From an uncultured Eubacteriales bacterium (lineage in GTDB: Bacteria > Bacillota > Clostridia > Oscillospirales > CAG-272), in assembly GCA_959601495.1 (NCBI GenBank), contig CAUGPT010000004.1, positions 23,964-87,963 of the forward strand: 64,000 bases of DNA, written 5' to 3'. The notes under the pieces were generated by a model, which saw nothing but the letters and a program-made list of their open reading frames with translations, was not told the origin of the DNA and did not search any database. Of the stretch, positions 17,064-25,200 are shown in pieces (the first letter of the stretch is position 1; each line of letters opens with the position of its first letter). A program made the position numbers and the translations under genes.

Positions 17064-18464
17064 ATGAAAAGAGTATTCAAAGAGGCTGCGGCAGCGCTTC
17101 GCCGTATGCTTCTCATCAACAAACGGCTTTTGAAAAAGCCCGGATTTATTGCGTTCCTTTGCCTTATCCCGCTGCTTGCGGGGGCGGCGTCCCATATGGC
17201 GCAGCTTGATTCCGGTGTGCTGACGATAGCTCTTGCCTGCGAGGATCCCGACGACGCGACGGCGAATGATATTATAGAAAGCCTTGAAAAAGGGTCGCAG
17301 ATGCTGCGCTTTGTGCGCTGCGGGCAGCCGGACAAGGCTAAAGAGCTTGTGTACGGCGGCAGAGCCGACGCTGCGTGGATATTCCACGCTGATATGAGGG
17401 CGGCGGTGGACAGATACGTGAGAAACAGAGTTCCGAGCAGCGCCGCCGTTACCGTTATAGAAAGAGAGGAGAGCGCAGCCCTTGCCCTCACGCGGGAAAA
17501 GCTGTGCTCGGCGCTGTATCCCTATGCTTCGTACTCGCTGTATCTTCTGTGCCTTGAGGAGCTCGGCGTCGACACTGACGCTCTCAGCGAAAAACAGCTG
17601 AGAGAGTATTACGCGGGAAGCGATGTGGACGCCGATATGTTTGAGGTCGTGTATCCGGACGGCGAGCGCCTGTCGGCGGGCGGCGATGAGCGGACAACTG
17701 ACGGTGACAGTGTCTCCGACGGAGGGGAAAACACTGACACCGGGATACAGGGCGTCAAAGCTGCGGACGGTGAGCAGGGCGAAGGCAGAGCGGACGGGCA
17801 GAGCGGAAAAACCATGGACAAAAATGCCGGAGATAAAGACAGCGCTGGCGGGCATGAGAGCAAAACCGCGGGCAGCGCGGCAGCATCTTCAGAGGCAGCG
17901 CGGGAAAGCTATCTTGTATCTCCCGTTCGCGGCATACTTGCCGCGTGCGTTGTCGCTGCGGGACTCGCCTCTGCAATGTACCTCGGCGACGATATGAGCG
18001 CGGGGCGCTTTGCATGGCTGGCCAAAAGGCGCAGAGCGTTTGTTCCGGCGGCATACATTTTCGGCGCCGCCATCGATACAACGGTCATAATGTGCCTGTC
18101 CCTTGCGGTTTTCGGGCTTTCGTCTGGCTTTGCAAGGGAAGTGTCCTGCGGTGCGGCGTTCGCTTTTGCGAGTGCGGCGTTCTGCATATTTGTAAGGGAG
18201 CTTTTGCCGAACAATAAGCTGCTCGCGGCGGCGCTTCCGGTGCTTTCGGCATCGTCTCTCGTACTTTGCCCCGTGTTTCTGAATTTTACAGCCGTGCGCC
18301 CGCTGAGCCTTTGCCTGCCGGGATATTACTATCTTTTGTCTTTCAGAGACATAAAGTATCTGCATTTTATGCTTTTGTATGCGGCGGCGGCACTTGCGGC
18401 GGCAGCGTCGGTGCACACATTGCGCGCGCTTTTATTGCGCCGGTTAAAAAGCAGGGAATCGTAA
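17064..18464 (+). CDS. Second ABC-2-like permease / membrane protein with a Gly/Asp/Ser-rich low-complexity insert
   Basis: Start MKRVFKEAAA (ATG at 17064, RBS gaaggg), immediately after the previous stop. Same topology class, with an N-terminal TM and 5-6 C-terminal TMs. Insert DGDSVSDGGENTDTGIQGVKAADGEQGEGRADGQSGK. Confidence 0.65.
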   Translation: MKRVFKEAAAALRRMLLINKRLLKKPGFIAFLCLIPLLAGAASHMAQLDSGVLTIALACEDPDDATANDIIESLEKGSQMLRFVRCGQPDKAKELVYGGRADAAWIFHADMRAAVDRYVRNRVPSSAAVTVIEREESAALALTREKLCSALYPYASYSLYLLCLEELGVDTDALSEKQLREYYAGSDVDADMFEVVYPDGERLSAGGDERTTDGDSVSDGGENTDTGIQGVKAADGEQGEGRADGQSGKTMDKNAGDKDSAGGHESKTAGSAAASSEAARESYLVSPVRGILAACVVAAGLASAMYLGDDMSAGRFAWLAKRRRAFVPAAYIFGAAIDTTVIMCLSLAVFGLSSGFAREVSCGAAFAFASAAFCIFVRELLPNNKLLAAALPVLSASSLVLCPVFLNFTAVRPLSLCLPGYYYLLSFRDIKYLHFMLLYAAAALAAAASVHTLRALLLRRLKSRES

Positions 18465-18597
18465 GGCGATTTTGCCGCTTTTTCGGCGGCATATTGCCCG
18501 ATATTAAATTTATCGCAGCTTTTTTAATAAGCTTAACAAATTATTATTATTTTAAGCGGTGTGTGCGGGATCGGTGCACTGTAGAATTATAAACCCC

Positions 18598-18725
18598 GCC
18601 CCACACAGCGGGACTTTTGCGATCCCGGAGCTGCAAAATCTAACTCACACGGTGAGGCTCAGCGATCGCTGAATCGCAAAACCCAACCTACACGGTGAGA
18701 CTTTGCGAGCCCGGAACCTCAAAAA
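18598..18725. repeat. Three imperfect ~42-bp tandem intergenic repeats (REP-like / possible small RNA)
   Basis: Units ending caaaa: ...cacacagcgggacttttgcgatcccggagctgcaaaa, ...cacacggtgaggctcagcgatcgctgaatcgcaaaa, ...ctacacggtgagactttgcgagcccggaacctcaaaa. Unit 2 contains the 12-bp palindrome cagcgatcgctg. Confidence 0.7.
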
Positions 18726-18730
18726 GAAGC

Positions 18731-18760
18731 AGCGGGCATGACCGAAAGGTCATGCCCGCT
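18731..18760 (-). terminator. Rho-independent terminator for the minus-strand lipoprotein gene
   Basis: 13-bp stem agcgggcatgacc / ggtcatgcccgct. The minus strand then reads gcttcttttt. Confidence 0.8.
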
Positions 18761-18784
18761 GAATATTTTCATAAATTGTTTTTA

Positions 18785-19240
18785 CTATTCAGTATCGGTG
18801 TCGATCTGCGCAAAAGCGTCTTGCAGGCCGAGGTTGAGGTTTATATTGCTGTCCGTTTCTGCGCCGTCCAGCACATAGCTTTTCGGCGAATCTCCCATGA
18901 GTGTCAGCTTTGCGTGGTTATGCATAAAGCATATTTCCGTACCGTCGGCCTTGTCAAATGAAATAAAGTTCAATCCGTAAAGAAGCTCGCCTTTTTCATT
19001 CCTGTTGCTCAGGTGCTTATCGGTCTCTTTCAGTTTCAGACTTTTGAGATAACGTATGACAGGTGCCATCTGCTCGCTGCCTTCTGCAATGCCGGCGACG
19101 CAGCGTATACGGACTACATCACTGAAAAACTCATCGGTAAAAAGATCGTTTGCGGCAGCTTCTTCTTTATCGCTTTTTGCGCAGCTGCAAATGCCGAAAA
19201 TCAAAACCGATACAAGTAAAAATGCCAATATTCTTTTCAT
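18785..19240 (-). CDS. Putative lipoprotein
   Basis: Start MKRILAFLLVSVLIFGICSCAKSDKEE (ATG at 19240, RBS aaaggacggg). Signal peptide with Cys near the cleavage region. The longer ORF to 19345 lacks an RBS. Confidence 0.65.
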   Translation of the reverse strand: MKRILAFLLVSVLIFGICSCAKSDKEEAAANDLFTDEFFSDVVRIRCVAGIAEGSEQMAPVIRYLKSLKLKETDKHLSNRNEKGELLYGLNFISFDKADGTEICFMHNHAKLTLMGDSPKSYVLDGAETDSNINLNLGLQDAFAQIDTDTE

Positions 19241-19549
19241 AGTTCCCGTCCTTTCAAAATGTTTTATTATTTCGGATGCGTACGGTACCATCGAGATCAG
19301 CGCCACCTCCTCTGCTATGCGGCATTGCCGCAGATATCCGTTCACCGTTGAGTGTTTATAAGTTATAAGTGCTTTTTTAAAATAATCATACTATAAAATA
19401 TTTGCAATTTCAACCATGCCGCACGTTTTTTACCTTTAGAATGAAACTTTATTGTGAACATCGGAAAACGCCTGCATTACCTTTATATCGCGGCGCGCCC
19501 CGCGGACGGGCGCCGCTGTGATGACAGTGTGCATTTTGCCCGAAAACGG

Positions 19550-19578
19550 TTGCAAAAGATATATTTGCGTGGTAAAAT
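19550..19578 (+). promoter_or_regulatory. Sigma-A promoter for rnhA
   Basis: TTGCAA (19550-19555), a 17-nt spacer, then TGgTAAAAT (19570-19578). Confidence 0.6.
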
Positions 19579-19614
19579 ATAAGTCAGTACCACCCACGGC
19601 GGAGGAAATGCATT

Positions 19615-20055
19615 TTGAAAAATGTGGATATATACACGGACGGCTCCTGCAAAATAAATCCCGGTCCCGGCGGCTGGGCGGCAATTCTCGTGTACGGCAG
19701 CGCCGAAAGAGAGATATGCGGCGGAGAGGCGGATACCACCAACAACCGCATGGAGCTTAAAGCGGTCATAAACGCTCTTAAAATGCTGAAAGAGCCGTGC
19801 AGCGTCCGCATTACCACCGATTCGCGGTACGTAGCCGACGGCATCGGAAAGGGCTGGGCGGCGTCATGGAAAAAGCGCGGCTGGAAAAAGGCGGACAAAT
19901 CTCCCGCGCTCAACCCCGAACTGTGGGACGAGCTTCTCGGTCTTTGCGAAAAGCACGATGTGAGCTTTGAGTGGGTAAAGGGGCACGCGGGTCACCCGTA
20001 CAACGAGCGCTGCGACACCCTTGCTCAGACCGAGGCGGAAAAATACAGAAAATAA
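19615..20055 (+). CDS. rnhA: Ribonuclease HI
   Basis: YTDGSC...GPGGWAAIL...TNNRMEL...TDSRYV...WKKRGW...[16 protein letters not shown] start 9 nt after GGAGG. Confidence 0.9.
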   Translation: MKNVDIYTDGSCKINPGPGGWAAILVYGSAEREICGGEADTTNNRMELKAVINALKMLKEPCSVRITTDSRYVADGIGKGWAASWKKRGWKKADKSPALNPELWDELLGLCEKHDVSFEWVKGHAGHPYNERCDTLAQTEAEKYRK

Positions 20056-20093
20056 TTAAAATACCGCGCTGCGGCGCGGCAAAGGAGAAACCT

Positions 20094-20588
20094 ATGAAAA
20101 CAAAGATCATTTCGCTTATTCTTGTGTCGGTATTTGCGGCGGCGCTGCTTATGGGCTGCGCTTCTTCCGATGTTGCCGCCGAGACCGCATGGGTCGACGT
20201 AAACTCCGGAAACGTCAGAAAAAGCACCCATTCCGAAACTCAGGCGGAAACCGCGCCCGATACGGACGCCGACGGCAATCTTCTTCTGACCACCGACGAG
20301 AACCGCCTCGTATACCAGACAGAGTACGGCTGCGAGGTGCTCGTGTTCAACGGCACATATGTAAGTAAGATTTATCTTGTATATACTTTTGCGAGCGCCG
20401 ACGATGCCTCGCAGTATCTGAACAGCAATGCCAACGAGATTATGTCGGCAGGAGACGTTATGGATATAAAGCAGCAGGACAATATGCTTATTCTCAGTGC
20501 TAAAATGGCAGCTCAGAAATATATTAAGTACCTCTCCATGACACGAGAGCAGGTTGAAGAAGAGTTCGCTTCTTTCAAGAAGCAGTAA
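20094..20588 (+). CDS. Putative lipoprotein
   Basis: Start MKTKIISLILVSVFAAALLMGC|ASS (lipobox LMGC) with RBS aaaggagaaacct. The longer ORF from 19971 overlaps rnhA and is unsupported. Confidence 0.7.
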   Translation: MKTKIISLILVSVFAAALLMGCASSDVAAETAWVDVNSGNVRKSTHSETQAETAPDTDADGNLLLTTDENRLVYQTEYGCEVLVFNGTYVSKIYLVYTFASADDASQYLNSNANEIMSAGDVMDIKQQDNMLILSAKMAAQKYIKYLSMTREQVEEEFASFKKQ

Positions 20589-20605
20589 TTTCAGAGGAGA
20601 TATAT

Positions 20606-21817
20606 ATGGGAGAAACCATTTTCGGCGCAGCCGACATACTCCTGCCCCCCTTTGACGACCCCGCAGAATGGAGCGCGTATTCGGTTATAGCGTGTGACCA
20701 GTTTACAAGCGAGCCGGAGTACTGGGAAAAGGCGGAAAAGCTGAGTGGCACGCTTTCAACGCTTGATATGATCCTGCCCGAGGCGTACCTCGGTACCAAT
20801 AAAGAGGCGGCGGCTAAATGGCGCATTGCCGAAAAAATGCCCCTTGCTTTGCAAAAGCTGCATTGCTATAAAAGCAGCATGGTGTATGTGGAGAGAGTTC
20901 TGCCGGACGGCGGAGTTCGCCGCGGAATTGTAGGCAGTATCGATCTTGAAGAATATGACTATACGCCATCCTCGGCATCCCCTGTCAGAGCAACGGAGAA
21001 AACCGTCGTGGAGAGGATCCCGCCTCGCGTGGAGATACGCCGAGGCGCTCCGATAGAGCTTCCGCACGTCATGGTATTTGCCGACGACAGAAAAGGTATG
21101 CTTATACAGTACCTTTGCGATCGCAGAGAGAGTCTTCGCCGCCTTTACGATTTCGATCTCATGCTCGGCGGCGGACATATAACCGCATACCTTGTTGACG
21201 GTGAGATACTCAGAGCGCTCCTTTGCAATATTGCGGACTATGAGGCGGAAAAAAGCGGCTCCGTCGTGTACGCAATGGGCGACGGCAACCACTCGCTCGC
21301 AAGCGCAAAAGCATACTGGGAACAGCTGAAGGCGGACGGGGCGGCGCCCGATCATCCCGCGCGCCGCGCGCTTGTTGAACTTGTTGACCTCGGCGACGGC
21401 GCTATCGCCTTTGAACCTATATACAGGCTTATCACAAACTGCGATACCGAGAAGCTTATATCGGCGCTGCGCGAGAGCGCCGAAAAACACGGCAGCAAAA
21501 AAACTGCCGTCGCTGTGACGGCTGACGGAGAAAGGGAAGTGCCCCTTCCCGATCTTCACCCGCTTGCGATCGGCTGCCTGCAGCAGTTTCTCGACACCTG
21601 CGGTCTTACTTTCGACTGTGACTATATCCACGGCGAGGATACTCTGCGCACTCTCAGCCGCCGTCCCGACGCGGTGGGATTTCTGTGCGGCGGTATAGAA
21701 AAAAGCGAGCTGTTTGACTATGTGACGCGCCACGGCGTTCTGCCCAGAAAGACATTTTCCATGGGTGAGGCGCGCAGCAAACGCTATTATCTAGAGGCAA
21801 GAAAGATAACTTTCTGA
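20606..21817 (+). CDS. DUF1015 family protein
   Basis: 403 aa. The N-terminus (FGAADILLPPFDDPAEWSAYSVIACDQFTSEPEYW) matches the conserved DUF1015 opening as I remember it. RBS ggagatatat upstream. Confidence 0.6.
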   Translation: MGETIFGAADILLPPFDDPAEWSAYSVIACDQFTSEPEYWEKAEKLSGTLSTLDMILPEAYLGTNKEAAAKWRIAEKMPLALQKLHCYKSSMVYVERVLPDGGVRRGIVGSIDLEEYDYTPSSASPVRATEKTVVERIPPRVEIRRGAPIELPHVMVFADDRKGMLIQYLCDRRESLRRLYDFDLMLGGGHITAYLVDGEILRALLCNIADYEAEKSGSVVYAMGDGNHSLASAKAYWEQLKADGAAPDHPARRALVELVDLGDGAIAFEPIYRLITNCDTEKLISALRESAEKHGSKKTAVAVTADGEREVPLPDLHPLAIGCLQQFLDTCGLTFDCDYIHGEDTLRTLSRRPDAVGFLCGGIEKSELFDYVTRHGVLPRKTFSMGEARSKRYYLEARKITF

Positions 21818-22152
21818 AGACGGAATACATAACACATCCGATTATAGGCGGCTGCATAAGGGTTTTAGGCAAATGTGACAAAGGAACCCTGCGCAGCTGC
21901 CTGTTTTGCACTTGCCGAAGCCCGAAACCGGCGACGGATTCGACAAAAAATTACATTTTTATATATATAATAACCAAACACGATTTTTTGCGCGCCCGAT
22001 AGATAAATGCTTTTCGTCATATGATTCGACATAAAAACCGTGCCGAAAAACGCAAAATACTGCATTTTAATATCAAAAATGTGAACATATTGTACACGCA
22101 CTGTGCAATTTGAAAAATTAGGGTAAATTTTTATTTATTTTTTTATAAACTA

Positions 22153-22181
22153 TTGACAATGCGGGGGCAGAAAAGTATAAT
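22153..22181 (+). promoter_or_regulatory. Perfect consensus sigma-A promoter for the large surface protein gene
   Basis: TTGACA (22153-22158), exactly 17 nt, then TATAAT (22176-22181). An AT-rich UP-like region lies upstream. RBS taggaggtaagctc before the ATG at 22212. Confidence 0.75.
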
Positions 22182-22211
22182 GTAAGTACCAATATTTTAG
22201 GAGGTAAGCTC

Positions 22212-25200
22212 ATGAAAAAATTACTTTCTGTAATTGTAATTGTCACCATGCTTGTGACCGCAATGTGTCCTGCGTTCGCAACCATGGCAGCTGACACGAT
22301 TGACATTTCCGCCGAAAACACATACTTTACAAAGAATGATGACGGAAACGGCGAGTCAACTATGACTGTTTCAGTTACAAACAACCCCGGATTTTCCGAT
22401 CTTACATTTGTGGTGTATTACGATACCACCTATGTAAGCTCCATTGAACCCGATACCGCAAGTTCCGTGTTCGGTGACGATTTCATAACTGTAAACGGTG
22501 CAAGAAAATCAACTGTTGCAGCTGTGAAGAAGCTTTTCACCGCTGCAGGCCTTGCGACCGGCGCTACGATCTACGCAAGGCAGATCGACGTTAATTATAC
22601 TGATGCAAACGGCGAACCGCTGAATACTGCCGAGCTCGGCGAGATTCTGAAGTTTGTCGTAACATCTGCCGGGACTTATGATGAGATCCCCAACGAAGCA
22701 GTCACTGTCGGCTACTTCGTTGCGTCTGCTTCAAACGTGGGCGGCGATAATCTGGAGTTCAGCGCTCCCGGCACCTGCGCAATAGAGAAAGACCCCTGGG
22801 CTTCTTTCGAGACCGAAAAGACGTATGACAATTTCACACTTGCGGCCGGCGATATGAACGTTTATGCGGGCACTACTACCGTTGACGTTCCCGTAAGAGT
22901 CTACAACAATACTAATGAGTATGGCTTCTTGTCAACGGCACTCACCATTGTTTTCCCGAAAGAGCTTCATCTTGATTCTCTCATTTTCAACACAAAGGCG
23001 CAGTCCGTAAACCCCATTAAGCGTATTAGTGACGATGCACACACCGACTATGCTATTCAGGATCATCTTGATAATTTCAATGAACAGTGCCAGGGCGTGT
23101 TTGAGCAGAATAACATCGACTGGAGAACCCTGGATGCAAAGTGCGAATACTTTTTGACAGAGCCTACCGAGCCAACTGTCGAAGGCAGTATGAGAGAAAC
23201 CAACGCTTTGTTCTACACGCTCAGATTTGTGCTTCCCGAGAACGCAAGACCCGGTACAAAGTATGATATTAAGGTTTACACCAGAGTCAGAGACGGCGTT
23301 GTCGGATTTGTCGGCGGCGACGGCAACGAAAATATCGTTTCCATGACACACAACCTCGGCAACGGTTCCATTAAGGTCCTGAGCAAGTCCGCTTGTGACC
23401 ACTCCGAGACCGAAGAGAAAATCGTAACTCCCGCAACCTGCACATCCGTCGGTACAAAGAATATCGTCTGCAAGCTTTGCGGCGAGATCATTGATACCGT
23501 TGAGATCCCCATGACGGATCATACCTACGTATCATCTGTAACCGAGCCTACCTGTGAAAAGGGCGGCTACACCACATACACCTGCTCCGTATGTAACCAC
23601 AGTTACACCGGCGATGAGACCGATGCTCTCGGACATGTAGCCGGCGAAAAGAAAGTTACCGTCGAGCCTACATACGAAGCAGAGGGTACATATGAGATCC
23701 GCTGCACAAGATGTGACAAGGTTCTCGAGACCGGTTCTATCCCGAAACTTGTAAAGACAACTATTACCGTAGGCGATGCGGCTACAAAGCCCGGCAACGA
23801 TATAGTAGTTCCCGTAACTGTTGCAGACAACCCGGGTATGTTCATTACAAGACTTACAGTTAAATACGACGCAACAAAGCTTACCTTCGTAGAGGCAGTT
23901 AACGGCGAAGTATTTGCAGACGCTACAAACGTGCTCTTCACTAAAGTAGAGGACGGCAACCTCACTCTGTATTTCGAGACAGCAGACGAGGCCGATACTT
24001 CCGTAAACGGCGTTCTTGCAAACCTGAAGTTTACTGTTAACTCCGATGAAAGCATAGTAGGAACAACCGATATTACAGTTGAGGTTGAGGACGCAGTCAA
24101 CTATGCAGGCAAGGATCTTGACATCGTTACCGCAAACGGTACCGTAACCATCGCGGCTAACCAGAAGATCACTGCCGAGAGCCGTGAAGTTGAAATCAAC
24201 AAGACTGTTGAAGTTCCCGTTGCAATCGCTGCAAACGAGGGCGTTTGGGCACTCCGTCTTGAGGTTGCATATAATGCGGATCTCATAACTCTTGAGTCCA
24301 TCAAGTCCGGACTGCTCTCGCTCGAAGAGGGCGTGAACTACAGCGTAAAAGACGGTGTCATCACTATCTTCAAGGACGCTGACGATCTTGCTAACATTGA
24401 AGCTGACGGCACACTCTTTACCCTCGTATTCAAGGCAGGCGCCGCGACCGGCGAGTCTGCTGTCGGTATTACAGTGCTTAATGCAATTAATAACAAGGGC
24501 GAGGACCTCTCCATTAAGATATTCAACGGTGCCGTAAAGGTTATCCCCTGCACGCACTCTGAATACAAGACCGAAGTAACCAAGGCTCCTACAGTTGAGG
24601 AAGAGGGCGTTCTGTCCTACATCTGCACCAACTGCGGCGAGACCTTCAAGACCGAGCCTATCGCACGTCTTGCAGGACTTACTATCGGTAAGGTTACTGC
24701 CAATGCAGGCGGCGCAGTCGCAGTTCCCGTAACTGTTTCTTCCAACCCCGGCACATACTCCATCAGAATGGAATACAGATATGATGCCGAAGCTCTTACG
24801 TTCGTAAACGTAACCGGCGGTATCTTCACTGCTGACGAGTTCAGCGCTTCCGTACATGACGGCGTTGTTACAGTATATGTAGAGGCTGACACGGTTGCCA
24901 ACATAACCGATGACGGCGTTGCATTTACCCTCAACTTCACCGCAGCAAGCACTGCTGAGGGCACATACGAGGTTGCCGGTACTCTCCTTCAGGACAGCAC
25001 TCTTAACGTAGACGGCGATGAGATCGCTTACACTGTTGTAAACGGCGAAGTTGCAATCACCAATAACTTCGTAGCAAGAATAGGCGATAACTATTACACC
25101 GACCTTAAGACCGCATTCAATGCAGCAGTTGACGGCGACACTGTAGTTATCACCAAGAACTTCAGCTACGGCGTTGACGAAAGCTTCGCCATCTACGGCG

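Noticed and set aside
18598-18725. Possibility that the 42-bp intergenic repeats are a CRISPR array
   Set aside because: Units are contiguous with no unique spacers. There are only three imperfect copies and no cas genes nearby.
19971-20093. N-terminal 41-codon extension of the lipoprotein ORF that overlaps rnhA
   Set aside because: The extension overlaps the rnhA coding sequence in another frame and lacks an RBS. The internal ATG at 20094 has a strong RBS and begins a canonical lipoprotein signal peptide.
20756-21733. 325-aa minus-strand ORF inside the DUF1015 gene
   Set aside because: Antisense to a gene with a conserved N-terminus and RBS. Composition typical of high-GC antisense frames.
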